Of a stretch of DNA of 64,000 nucleotides, positions 1 through 11,738 are shown piece after piece. Below the pieces are notes generated by a model. That model had not been told where the DNA came from, did no database searches, and saw nothing but the letters and a program-made list of their open reading frames with translations. The position numbers and the translations under genes are program-made. The stretch lies in NCBI GenBank assembly GCA_963693365.1, contig CAVNZM010000013.1, positions 4,182,722-4,246,721 on the forward strand, written 5' to 3'. Origin of the DNA: Amoebidium appalachense (taxonomy: Eukaryota; Protista; Ichthyosporea). Each line of letters opens with the position of its first letter. Positions within the stretch are counted from its first letter, which is position 1.

Positions 1-69
1 CACCTCCCCCCTCCCTTGGCCTCCCGCCCGTGACTCTCCACCCATGCTTTGCCCCTCAACCACCCCCTC

Positions 70-100
<31 letters not shown>

Positions 101-341
101 ACACACATGACACGAGAAGAGACATGCCCCCCCCCCCCCCCCCCCCCCCCCGAGGGCCTCCTTTTACGCATTTCCCACTCTTCTTGTCTTACTCATCCCC
201 CCCCCCCCCCCCCCCCCCACCTTTCACCCCCGCTCATCTTTCTCGCTCCCTACCTCACACTGGTCTCTCCCCCTCGTCCCTTTCTCCCACCACCCTCTCG
301 AGGCACATAAGACACGAAACCTTATTTCCCCCCATTCCCCC

Positions 342-373
<32 letters not shown>

Positions 374-432
374 GACACGTACAAATAAGACACAAACACA
401 CACACACACACACACTAACTTAATGCCTGCAG

Positions 433-1172
433 GTATTGAGTGGCAGATCGTCATGCAAGCCCTATACCAAGGTTTCTATCGTGACCCAGAGCTACTCGCC
501 CAACTTCCTCCCGCGCTTCAAGAGCTACTGCCAAAAGACACAGAGGATGCTACAGGCATTTTGCGCAGAAAAACAATAACGGGTACTTACGGGCCAGCAG
601 CTGCAGCTCCAGCACAGAAGAAGCGCAGGGGAAAGACCATTAGCGTTGAGAGCAGTCCTTATCCTGACCTAAAACAACAAATCATTCAGTAGATTCGTGC
701 AGCTTACTTCCGGGACAAACCAAACGGTCTAGAGCTTGCACAGGCAGCATGCCCCGACACCATCACCACTTACACGACCGGAATCGTCCGCCACACCCGC
801 ATCACATGGAACAACATTGCAACACATAACAAGCGGATAAACGTCTCGGCTAGCTGGCCAACGGACGTTAGACAACCAGACAGACGGGGAGAGTTCTTTG
901 GGGAAATGATGTTCTTTTTTGAATGTGATATGAATACGGGAGAGGTTCAGGCAGAAAGAATCGAGCTAACATACTGTCAATGGCGCTATAATCGAAAGGA
1001 AATTGCTGATAAAGGGTTGTATATTGTGACAGACGCAATCTATCATGCAGAGAGTTGGGCACAGAAAGTGGTGAATCCATTAGCTTTTGAGAGACTATGT
1101 GCAATTTTGCCTTGGAAGGAAAGCCAAAACAATCACCAGTATGCAGTCATTCCTCTCAGGCCAGGGCTCTAG
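433..1172 (+). pseudogene. C-terminal exon of a probable CACTA/CMC (Plavaka/EnSpm-like) transposase or associated protein, with one in-frame TAG
   Basis: There is a (CA)n...TGCAG acceptor at 432. ORFs 423-692 and 906-1172 share a frame, and the gap between them is open (IRAAYFRDKPNG...DRRGEFFGEMMFFFE) except for TAG at 690-692. The FGEMMFFFE...YCQW segment resembles C-terminal CMC transposase motifs (recalled resemblance, not searched). Confidence 0.45.
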
Positions 1173-1723
1173 TCTAGCAGCACGATAAAGCCTATGATAA
1201 TGATAGACGTGTAAAATGTAAAAAGTAAGATAGAAATGTAAATATGGCTAGTTAAGATTGTGTGCCTAAACAACAACGTATACTGCCTCGTTATATGCAA
1301 TGCCATAGAATAAAAGGAAAATTCTTATAAAAGAATAAAAGCAAAACGGAACACGCTGATGTTAACCAAGCCTTGCAACAAAATGATGCAGTCGTTAAAG
1401 AAAAAGGTGAAATGTTCTAAGAAAACTGTGTTCCTGTTTTAAAGAAACTTCTATCACACCCGTATGTATGTAAATTATCCGCCGAGGGAGGGTTTGAGTG
1501 TGCAAAAAAGGGGAGGGTGGATGCGTGGCAACAGGTGTATGTATTTATGTTTCTGTGTGTGCGCGCGCATGCCACAGTGTGCGGGCCGGGTATGTGTGTG
1601 TGTGTGTGTGTGTGTATGTGTGTGTGTGTGTGTGTGTGCAATGCGTGCGTGCGTGCGTGTGTGCGTGCTTGCGTGCGTGTGTGTGTGCGTGCGCGCGCGC
1701 GCGCGTGTGTGCGTGTGTGTGCG

Positions 1724-1776
<53 letters not shown>

Positions 1777-2635
1777 ATTTGTGTGTGCACGCGCACGCGC
1801 GAGTGTTGTGACATAAACTTTCACCAAGTTTAGGGGTGTGTGTGTAAGCATGAAGTGTGTACTTGTGTGTGTGGGTGGCAGGGCAGGGAAGGCGAGAATG
1901 AGGGGCATGGCGAAGAAAGCCCAGCACTCACAAAGGCTACAAGTAAGCACCCACCTCGGAGCGTGGATTCTATAAACAGTCCGCTCCATGCAGCCTGTCA
2001 ACGATTCACCGTTATAATGTCCATCCGAATGACAAGCAAACAACATGAAAATGGACACATCAAGCTGAGGGCTGACATTGTTCCATTGACACTAACAGAG
2101 AGAAACAAATAAAAGAGAAATACAAAAGTTATCATTGTGATAAAACCAAAACCCACATTGTCATGACTATTCACTGAAGAGAGGTAGAGAACCTGACACG
2201 CGTGCAAGGCCATCGAGAAAACTCTACGTGACTCTATTCCGTCACACTTTGCAAGTGCAGGTACACGAACAATGTGTGCCAAAGTTTCAAACGCGAACAT
2301 TCATCTGTATGGAATGTAATGATGCGCCTAGCGCCAATGGGAGAGCACCACTAAGAGATTCACGGCATCCCGCTCATTGGTTCCAGGGATGCGGATTGAT
2401 ACGGCGGAAAATACCTCGCCCAATACGCTCACGAACACCGTTTTATTACAAATTCGGCGCCGATCGTACGGCGCCTATTCGGCACGACCAGTCGCGTGAG
2501 CAAGCAGCATACAAAATTATAAAATTCCTCAAAAAAGTCGTGGCTCATCTGCAATCGGTCGGGCCGATTTCGCGCACCTCGACTATAATAGAAAATAGTC
2601 GCCACTACACGGTACCAATCGTCTAACTGCTGGTT

Positions 2636-3824
2636 TTATAGTGGGAACTGGTGCCATTCGGTTATGTCTGCCCGGGCGGCAGCAGACAGCCATATGTGGT
2701 GGTGCCCGGCAAGGTGTGGGTGTTTTCGGAGAAGGGCCCATAGGCGCTGGGAGAAGGCCCGCCCGGGGGGAACCAGCTGGGCACATTAGGTGAGTTTTCC
2801 GAGGAGGGAATGCAGGTCCCGTATGGTGATGGTGGGTGTTGGGTGGGAAGTGAGGTGACCGTCGAGTAGGTCCGAGAGTTTGGAAGCAGGGATCCGTGCC
2901 TCCATGGTGACGGAGTCGAATTCGATACCGATGAAGACGATACGGGTAGCCGGGCCCTGCATCTTGTCTTCGGAGATGGCAATGTGCAGCAGCTGCTCTC
3001 GGCAGAGTTGCAGGAAGATGGATAGGTGACGTTGGCACTGCTCTTGGGTGGGGGCGACTATAATCCAGTCGTCTACGTAGTGGCGGATGAGGGTAACACC
3101 GTGCTGGTGTGCCAGCCACTGGAGCGTGGCCGCGATCCGTTCCCACTGGCAGATGGCTGGGCTAGATTTCAGGCCGAAGGGCAGTCGGGTGTCAACGTAA
3201 AAATGCCCCTGCCATTTGAATGCCATTAAGGGATGGTCTTCTGGTCGGATGGGCATGTGCCGGATGGCAGCCTGCACGTCTGCCACGGCCATGTAGCAGC
3301 CGGGGCCTGCGTCGAGAATGAGCTGGGTGACGTCCCGGGCTCGAATGTACTGAAGTTCGTCGGGGTAGGTGACGCTGTCATTTGACGCTGCTGCCCCGGG
3401 GCCATGAGAGGTGGTGGATTCGACGGTACTTGGGGTGGTTCCCTTTTTTAGTAACGGCGCCGATGGGGGAGGAACGGTGGACCGGAAATTCGGCGAAGAA
3501 TTGGTCCAGGGAGAGGGGGCCGCGCAGGTGGCCGAGGGCGACTTCGTTGGCAATATCCGCCGTGATAGCGGCAGCAGCAGCCGGGGTGGTGGGTAGGTTG
3601 GGGCCCACCCGAGAGGTGGAGGGGCCGCGATAGCCGATGTCGACACCGAACTCGACATCGTGGAGGAGCTGCGCGGCGAATGATTGGTCTGGGTAGGATG
3701 CCAGCAGCTCCCGGAGGCGGGAGGTGTCAATGTGGTGCTGGGGCAGCGGGCGGGCCTCCGGGTCTGAGCCTCGGGGGAAGGTGTGGTTAGCAAGGGTGGG
3801 GCACCCTCGGGGAGATCCCGGCAG

Positions 3825-3856
<32 letters not shown>

Positions 3857-4016
3857 GCAGGGCCCCGGGGGGGTTAGAGTAGGGCAGCTGGGCCCGAGCC
3901 TCGGAGGGTTTGCAGGGAGGGCAGCGGGGCCCTGTGCAGGGGATGCCCGAGCACGCGGGGGTGTGGGCGGACACAGAGGTAGAAGAAGGGGGGGAGGGAG
4001 TGCTAGGTGAGTGCAA
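2636..4016 (-). pseudogene. Reverse transcriptase (pol) of Ngaro/DIRS element
   Basis: Motifs: SSPIGAVTKKG..YRRIHHLSWPRGSSV(N)DS, AVADVQAAIRHMPI, DTRLPFGLKSSP, HYVDDWII, IGIEFDS, LLGKLT*CAQLVPPGRAF. There is a 1-bp frameshift near 3381 and an in-frame TAA at 2786-2788. Confidence 0.9.
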
Positions 4017-4250
4017 GGGGGGGGCCCGGGGGAGGCTCGTGGGATGGGGGGGGAGTAAAATTATGTGCAGTAGCCAGAATAACGTCTTTGTGTAGGGACA
4101 TTTATTCTTGGCGCGCGCGGGCGCCGTAGTTGGCCTGCGAAAATTTGTACTCAGCCCTATTGGCCCGTTCCGTCTTCCGAGCTCCGTTTCCTTGTACCCG
4201 TGTGTCCTAGCTCCTAGCCCCTATGTTCTGTCTGTGTGTGTGCGCGTAGA

Positions 4251-5433
4251 CTAGGCGTTGTGTTTGCAGTCTTTGCGGGGGTGTGTGCCAGAGTAGAGCG
4301 GGCACACGTGGGAGAAGGGGCAGGGCTGCTTAGCGCAGGACCGACCGTTAATGTGGAAATTCCTGCAGTGCTTCGCGGGTGGATCCACGGGTCGGGCCGG
4401 TTTTGCCGGGCCGGGTTGCGGGCCAGGGCGGTTGGGGGTTGCAGCAGGGGTTTGTCCCCCGCCGGCCTTGTGGGGCGGCTTGAAGCCGTCAAGACCACAG
4501 CCGGGCCTGGGGTACATGGGGCACTGGCAGGCCGCGCTGGGGTGGTCGGGGGAAGCCACAGCGCTGACATGCGTCCGGGATGAGCAGAGTGGGTGGCAGG
4601 AGGAGATCCTGGTGGAGTTGGGCGAGCAGGTTGGGACACTCGATCGGAGCCCGACCCTGCTGGTGGGCAACGGTACGGGCGTACACGTCATAGTTGTGGA
4701 TCTGGGCCCACGGGTATCGGGTGCTGAGGCGAGTGATGTGCTGAGTCCAAAGTACGTCCTTGTCCGTGGGGAGGTCGAGGTGGTGCTTGGCGGCCGTGTA
4801 ATGGGTCAAAGCTTGGATCCAAATGACGAGTGAAGGCAGGGGGACGGGTTTGTCATTGCGAAAAGCCTCGATGCTGCCGTCGTCGGCCATGCGCAGCTGC
4901 TGACCTTTCTTGGATGGGGCCAGGAGGGCTGCGGTGGTGAACTTATACAGGTCGACGAAACGATTGGCGCGCAAATCTGCCAGCACATCCGCGGGGGGAA
5001 GCGGCAGTGTGCCCGGCTGAATGTCGCCAGTGTTCTCACCTGTAATGGGGGGGGCGGGCAGGGCAGGTAGGTCCAGGTCAGGGCCGAGATGCAGCCCCGG
5101 GGAAACCTCCCCGGGTGCAGAGGGTGCGGCGGGGGGCGCGGGAGGGTCGCGGTTGGTGAGAGCGGCCAGGACGCCAGCCATCTGGGTGCTGATGGCAGTG
5201 AGGGCGGCAAGGACGGCGTCTTGAGAAGTCATCGGCGGGGACGGCGGGGCCTGAGGAGGGACTTCAGGAGTAGAGGGGAGAGTAGCCGGAGGGTCCGTGG
5301 TGGTATGGGCATCCGGAGGCGCGCCAGGGCCAGCGGGAGCGTTGGTCAGCCTGTGGCGGAGGTCGCTGCGGGTCAGGCGCTTAGGTGCCGCGGCAGGGGC
5401 GGTGGCTGAGGCCTGGCGCCTTTTCGGCGGCAT
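4251..5433 (-). pseudogene. gag-like ORF1 of Ngaro/DIRS element
   Basis: Starts MPPKRR (ATG at 5433), Pro-rich, with RFVDLYKF and YPWAQIHNYDVYAR. After a frameshift comes CRNFHINGRSCAKQPCPFSHVCPLYSGTHPRKDC, a CCCH/zinc-knuckle typical of Ngaro ORF1. Confidence 0.75.
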
Positions 5434-5569
5434 GCTGACCGGCGGAGAGAAAGATAGGGAGAATGAAAAGGAATATATAGCTGTTAGGCTGTGGGTGCTA
5501 AACACAGAAGATGTGTTTGCAGCTTGCTGATCTGCTAAAAACTGTCGTGCTTATATACCTAAGCCTACC

Positions 5570-5671
5570 GATCTGAGCCAATCAAAATCGATCTAGTGAA
5601 ATGTGAAATCTGATCCGAGCCAATCAAAACTCGGTCTAGTGATATGTGGAATCTGATGTTTTGATTGGCTA
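5570..5671. promoter_or_regulatory. Tandem ~40-bp units with AGCCAATCAAAA (CCAAT box) plus an inverted copy
   Basis: GATCYGAGCCAATCAAAA..TCTAGTGA.ATGTG.AATCTGAT occurs twice, then TTTTGATTGGCT, just upstream of the Ngaro gag. Confidence 0.5.
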
Positions 5672-6290
5672 ATAGGTGCCCGTCTGCGGGCAGCCAACCG
5701 CGAACTGCTAAAACACGAAATGAAGCCTACATGGTTATGTTGATACCGAACACCCATCCTACGTGTTTACCCAGAAATAAAATTTATGTCAATAAATTCC
5801 ACAAATAAAACCTCTCTCAAACAGTCTTTTTCTCGCCGCTTCTCGCGCGTTAGTGAGGCCGGTCTAGTGACCAAGACCAAAGCTTTTGAGTTCAGTGAGC
5901 GCTATAGTTAGTCGTGTAGGTCGACTCCCTAGACTTTAGCTATAATAATAGGCCCAGGAACCGCAGATCTTTGAGACCGGATGTGCTCATGAGTTTTTGC
6001 AAAACCCAAGTGGGGTTGTGTTTTGGGGTTGTTTGTGTAGCTATAAGCACCTAGGCACGTCTGAGCATGTACAGCAGCAACGTGTGCTGCTCTCTAGTCC
6101 TAGTGTGGGCCCCGGCAGCAGTGGTCTGTGCGGGGGCGGCCGGTAAGTTATGTGTGCTCCGAGTAAGCCAGTGGGCGGGGTAGCACCTGCACCGCTCTAT
6201 CAACGGGTGCGACGCGTGCGTGCCACGACGAGTGGGCGTGCGGTGGAGCAGCCAAGGACGTGCTCTTCTGGATTAAGTATGGCACCACAC

Positions 6291-6769
6291 TGTAAACAGT
6301 TGGACTGGTTAGGATAAGGCAGAGTACAACTGAATCAAAAAAAAGACATAGAACGGTTAGAAACGCACACGCGGCCAGGTTGCTTTACTATGGGCGGACT
6401 CAGTCTGTCTCAGACTTCACTGATGTGATCCCCGTACTGGGACGGCTTTGTTATTTAGCCCCCAGGTTTCGGATCAAGGCCCAGGATTGGTTCATCCGCG
6501 GCCAGCGCGGGTGGCAACATGCCATTCGTGATTCTGGTGCGGTCCGAGCCAGTCAGACCTTTGTCCTATTTATGCAAACCTCTTATTGGTTCACTTCGTT
6601 TATGTGGTATGCAGCGGAAGAACCATATATGGTTCACTTCTTAGGTCAGAGTGATTCCGATTGGTGCCGACATAATATTTATGTGACATTCATGACAAAG
6701 CACGAATCGTGTGCTAGTACATCACATTCTTTAGTAAACATGTACAGTTCATGTGTACAGTTGTTTACA
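6291..6769 (-). repeat. 3' LTR (479 bp)
   Basis: About 6 substitutions and one 6-bp indel relative to 9425-9909; adjacent to the PPT. Confidence 0.95.
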
Positions 6770-9424
6770 CTCCCCCCCTTTTCGGGAGCCTGGTGGTGTC
6801 GTTAGACAAGCAAACCACCAGGCTGAGAGGCGATAAACAACCTTCAGCGAGAATTCTTGTGTGTGCCGAGCTGCTGGACAGAACAGAGCAAGGACGGTGG
6901 AATAGACTGTGCACGTCTATGAGCACTTCTTCATTTGCCAAAACACAAATTCATGCAGCATTCTTCTGTGTTTTCATTTTCGTGGCGAAGATTGTTGCAG
7001 AGTGTGCGTGCGAATTGTTCGCTTCGTCTCTGTGCTTGGCTTTTTCTGTAGAAGTAATATTTTCCTTTTTAGGTGTTTTTCCTTTTTAGGAAACTCCCGC
7101 AGATTCGTTTTCAATTGCGAGTAATTTAGTTGGGTGGATGAATGATCATACCAAACATTCGATAATGAATATAACTCAAGCCTTAGGTCACTTCGTAGCT
7201 CAGGTAGTGGTGGATAGCTTCAAGGCTGAGCCACTGCTCCTTATCCCGGTTCTACCTTAAGACTGTAAGGCGAGTCACCATGGCCGGAAAAGCCACTTCC
7301 GAAGTTCATGAACAAAGAGCACTTCTTTCCTTTTAACCCTGCATCATCGGAGCCGGGAATAACATGTCATTGAATAAAAATACCCTAAGTGTTCTTCGTT
7401 GGGCGACATAAAGAAATATATCAGCCCTGTCAGAACCAGTAAAAACCCGGTTCATAATTCATAAGAAGAGGGTAGGCAAAGCAAGCCTTCTTCAGAAAAC
7501 ACATGCTTCCATTCGTGAGCAGTTTTCGTATCCCATTTGCTAGCCATTTTCGTTGAGCAGGGGGATTCCAGGCATAATACATTCTTCTGGAGGCTTGGCC
7601 TAAAAAGAAAAGTCGTCGCAGTCGCCCTTTCTTTTGTTACAGTAAGCAACTTCGTGAGTGCTTTTCGTGTTTTCATATCCTCCAGTGCAGGTCTGGATGG
7701 TGCCCCATCCTCTGCTTCATTTGTACTACTAGTAGGTGGCCCTACTGTAGGTTCTGTTCGTTGTGTGGAATACCAAAACCATTCGTATTCGTGGAACTGC
7801 TTTGTGCTGTGCTTTCTTTCGTGTTGGTGCTCATAAAGTTACCCCGTTCACACACCCTACTTCTTACATACATTAGATGTAAGTAGCTGCCTGGTGAGTG
7901 TGTGGTTCGTGTTCATTGGGCTCTTCCGTTGCTTCCTGAGAAGAGTATTTCGTTTTAGCAGAGGCACCCAATAAGCCAGCTTGCTGGGTTGTCTCCCGCC
8001 TGTGCCCATTGGTGGGGTCTGTACGTGCTAAAGGGTTACAGTGTCATCGGGTTTTGCAAGGGAATAACACGGCCATCTCCGTACCAAGGCCAAGGTCACA
8101 TGATGGTTCACACGTTGTGTTAAACAACAACACCTTGCATTCGTATTCGTCCCGCAACCACACTTTCTTCACTAGTGACGGGGGGTATTCTTTATTCGAA
8201 AGGCTTCCAGCCAAAATACTGACACTGTATGCTGGTGTTGTGGGGGAACGGTGCCCATACCACATTCTTTTATTCTGGTGGGGTTGTGCAGGCAGCAATT
8301 TTTATATTTTTGTAAGGCTCGACAGTATAATTCGTATGTTACAGTATTGCCACAGACTAGCAAGTACCATTAAATTCGTACCCCACACCTTCGTTCAAAG
8401 TTTGTCTTTCACATGCACGAACAAAAGTTCTGCATCGACTTTATTAACAACATGCCTTCTTTGCACCAAGAGTGCAAATTTGTTAGGGCGTGGCACCAGG
8501 AAGCCTTAGGGCCGCCATACATGAGGCATATGTTCGTAATGTGTTTAGGCATGCCAGCATACATTCATGCGCATGTTGTGCATCCTGTGCGCTAAACTAT
8601 GGGGCATGCTGTATTCGAAAACAGCAAGAAATTCGAAGCATGCATGCAAAACTACTATCACAGCACCTTATGTCCTCAATGCTAATTATTAGGAACAGCG
8701 ACTATCTTCTTCTTTGAATGCATTCGTGCTGAAAGTGGCCGTGCATCTGGGTTGCGAGTGTGGACGTGCACGCGGTGGCATGCATATATGGACACGATGA
8801 CAGTGTGCAATAGCGCAATGCACGCAAGGGCAACGGTTTTCTTTTTTTTCGTAAGATAGAGGGGGCTGCGTGCATTGCAACCCAAGCAGTGTTGTGCATT
8901 CGTTCATTCATTTTCGCATTTCCATTTCATTTTGCTTTCGTTTTTCGTTTTTCGTCGTTTGATAACTTCGTTAATTCGTTTTGTTTTCGTGTTGCATTCA
9001 TTTCGTATTTCCTCTATGCATTCGTTTGTCGTTAATTCTTTATTTCGTTGTGTATTCGCGATGGTTCGTTTTTCGTTGGTTCATTGCTTCGTTAGTAATT
9101 CTTTAATCGTTTGTTCGTGTATTCGTTGTTTCGTTGTGTATTCGTTTTTCTTCACGTTTTTTATGTGTCGTAGTGGATTTTCATGCTTTCAATTATTTCC
9201 GTGTTCTTAGAGGTGGGCTGGCCACTTCAAACTTGTCGGTGTGTATGTATTAGAGTCTAAGCCGGACAAGAAAAGATGTGTCTATCATAGTGGTAAAAAG
9301 GATTGTGATCGGCCATGGCAGATTCTTGGGGTAAATTATGAAAGATGTGAGATTCTTGAACTGATTGAAAGATGTGAGATTGAATTTCGAAGGATGCGAG
9401 ATTCTTGAACTGCGCGGTCGTCAA

Positions 9425-9909
9425 TGTAAACAGTTGGACTGGTTAGGATAAGGCAGAGTACAACTGAATCAAAATAAAGACATAGAACGGGTAGAAAGGC
9501 ACACGCGGCCAGGTTGCTTTACTATGGGCGGACTCAGTCTGTCTCAGACTTCACTGATGTGATCCCCGTACTGGGACGGCTTTGTTATATAGCCCCCAGG
9601 TTTCGGATCAAGGCCCAGGATTGGTTCATCCGCGGCCAGCGCGGGTGGCAACATGCCATTCGTGATTCTGGTGCGGTCCGAGCCAGTCAGACCTTTGTCC
9701 TATTTATGCAAACCTCTTATTGGTTCACTTCGTTTATGTAGTATGCAGCGGAAGAACCATATATGGTTCACTAGTACTTCTGAGGTCAGAGTGATTCCGA
9801 TTGGTGCCGACATAATATTTATGTGACATTCATGACAAAGCACGAATCGTGTGCTAGTACATCACATTCTTTAGTAAACATGTACAGTTCATGTGTACAG
9901 TTGTTTACA
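9425..9909 (-). repeat. 5' LTR (485 bp)
   Basis: Near-identical to 6291-6769; adjacent to the PBS-like sequence. Confidence 0.95.
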
Positions 9910-11703
9910 CACACCCGAATGGTGCGCTGGGCCGCCACCTCCCCACACAGACTTGGGGAGGTGCCTATTCTTGGGCGAAGTTTCGGAGGAGGAGGCGTTG
10001 GTGGAAGTTGCGTGTTTAGTGGGTAGGGGCGCACTTGAACCCATCGACGAGTCCAGGAAGCATTGCGTGTCGACCACGTTTGGGGTGCGGAAACCAAACG
10101 GTAAAGTGCGGCTTATAATCGACATGATGCGCCCAGTGAATGAGTATGCCGTACAGCCGGGCCTCAAGTACGAGACGCTCAGTAACCTGCAGGTCATTGC
10201 TTAGCCAGGTGACCATGGCTTCAGTTTCGACCTGGAGGACGGCTACTTTGCGCTGGCAATTGCGCCACGGTGGCGTAAATATTTTCAGGAAGTTCGGGTT
10301 GGCGGCCAGCTGTATCAGTACACTGTGCTGCCTTTCGGCTATTCCCTCAGCCCATACTACTTCGCGCGGCTCATGAAGGAGTTCGGTCGGCGTCTTCACC
10401 GGCGCGGTGATCGCACGTTAGCGTTCTTGGACGACTGGTTGGTCGTCGAACGGCCGCTAAAGGCGCTGCAAACTCGCGGTGTTGTTGAGGGGGAGCTCGA
10501 GGCAACGGGCCTGAGCCGAAATACGGAGAAGTGCCAGTGGGAGCCCACCGACCATCTCGACCATCTAGGCAACCATGTCAACCTTGCCGCAGGTGTGTTG
10601 GCCCCTACCGCCACCTCTATGGAGAAGCTGGTGGAGGAGACCAAGCGGGTGATGGCCAAGGCTCGCAAGGGCAAGCGATGGGTGGAAAAGAAGCAAGTCG
10701 CCCGGTGGTTGGGGGTGGTCATGAGTCTGCGGGCTGCCACTCCCCACTGGCACGTGCTGACGTTGGTGCGGCCAGTGTATGCCGCCCTACGCGGGGGAAA
10801 TTGGCGCAGTTTTGTTTGGCTTTCGGGGCGTCAGTTACGGATTATCGGTCGGACCCCCCAGTTCATTGGCCGGTTGCCTCGGGTGGAGATATGGCCCAAC
10901 CCGGTCACGGCTACGCTCATCACGGATGCCGCCACCACAGACGGCTGGGGGGCCGTGCTTCATATGGCGGGACCCGCTGCCCCTGCGCTTGAGGCGGCGG
11001 GCAGGTGGGCAGCCGACGACGCTCCGCGGGCGGCGGCGATTGCGGAGTGTGAGGGCCTGTTGGAGGCCTATTAGAGCCCTGCTATGCAGGAAGCCCTCCG
11101 TGGGCAGCGGGTGCAGTGGCAAGCCGATGCCCAGGCGGCCCTTGGGGCCGTGCGGAAAAAGGGCAGCGGCAGCCCCTCGATGCAGTGCATTCTGTGGCAG
11201 CTTCTGCAGTTGTGCCTCGACCACGGGTTGCCTTGGCCACAGGAAGCTCAACGACCGAGCAGATTGGCTGTCGAGGGTGGACCTCCGGCACAAATGGCAA
11301 GTCACGCCGGAGGCAGTCGAGCGGGTGGAGTGGCTGCTGGGCATGCAGCCCGAAGTCGATCGGTTTGTCACCCACTCGGCAGTGAAGGCCGAGTTTAATG
11401 TGTGGGCCCAGGCAGGGGCCCCCGGTGGGATGGCAGACGGGTTGGCGGTACCGTGGACGGCACCAAGCTGGTGGGCGCCTCCGTTCCCGCTGATTAAGCA
11501 AACGGTGGCCAAGCTGCAGCGGGAAGGTGCAGCGGGCATCCTCGTCGTTCCAGTGTGGGATACGGCGTCGTGGTGGCCGGGGGATGGGCATGAGGAATGC
11601 TTTAGAGCAGGCAGCACACACATGCATAACATTGTACATGCATGCTTACTGCCGTACCGTAACATGCTAAAGACCATCATGAGTATTTTTGTGAGAGTCT
11701 GTA

Positions 11704-11738
<35 letters not shown>

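Larger units (their letters stand above)
2636..5670 (-). mobile_element. Ngaro/DIRS-type tyrosine-recombinase retrotransposon, 3'-truncated (gag + RT only)
   Basis: A gag-like ORF with a CCCH-type finger is followed by an RT with Ngaro/DIRS-like motifs. Similarity ends near 2636, before RNase H and YR. Tandem CCAAT-containing repeats at 5570-5670 lie at the presumed 5' end. Confidence 0.85.
6291..9909 (-). mobile_element. LTR retrotransposon (Gypsy-like, non-autonomous, decayed interior), 5-bp TSD CACAC
   Basis: Direct repeats at 6291-6769 and 9425-9909 start TGTAAACA and end TGTTTACA. CACAC flanks both sides (6286-6290, 9910-9914). On the minus strand there is a polypurine tract AAGGGGGGGAG at 6770-6780 and a PBS-like TGACGACCGCGCAG at ~9410-9423. 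Faint RT traces (MNRVF..DIFLYV) at ~7200-7455. Confidence 0.92.
6170..11582 (+). mobile_element. DIRS-type element pol (RT-RNase H-Dam-like methyltransferase), interrupted by an LTR insertion at 6291-9909
   Basis: The N-terminus HDEWACGGAAKDVLFWIKYGT (to 6290) resumes after the TSD as TPEWCAG...FGVRKPNGKVRLIIDMMRPVN, FSFDLEDGYF, VLPFGYSLSP, AFLDDWLV. RNase H: ITDAATTDGWGA...QADAQAA...NDRADWLSR. MT: VDRF...WWAPPFPLI..LVVPVWDTASWWP. In-frame TAGs at 10202 and 11072 and a frameshift near 11235; no YR or gag seen. Confidence 0.9.

Noticed and set aside
2602-2612. CACTAC as a CACTA terminus
   Set aside because: No matching inverted end or TSD could be identified in the window.
6380-6805. 141-aa ORF duplicated at 9514-9741
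   Set aside because: It lies within the LTRs, has a non-ATG start, is broken in the second copy, and has no recognisable motif.
8044-8298. FNTTCEPSC resembling the SET-domain NHSCEPNC motif
   Set aside because: Isolated weak match within the decayed LTR interior; no other SET motifs.
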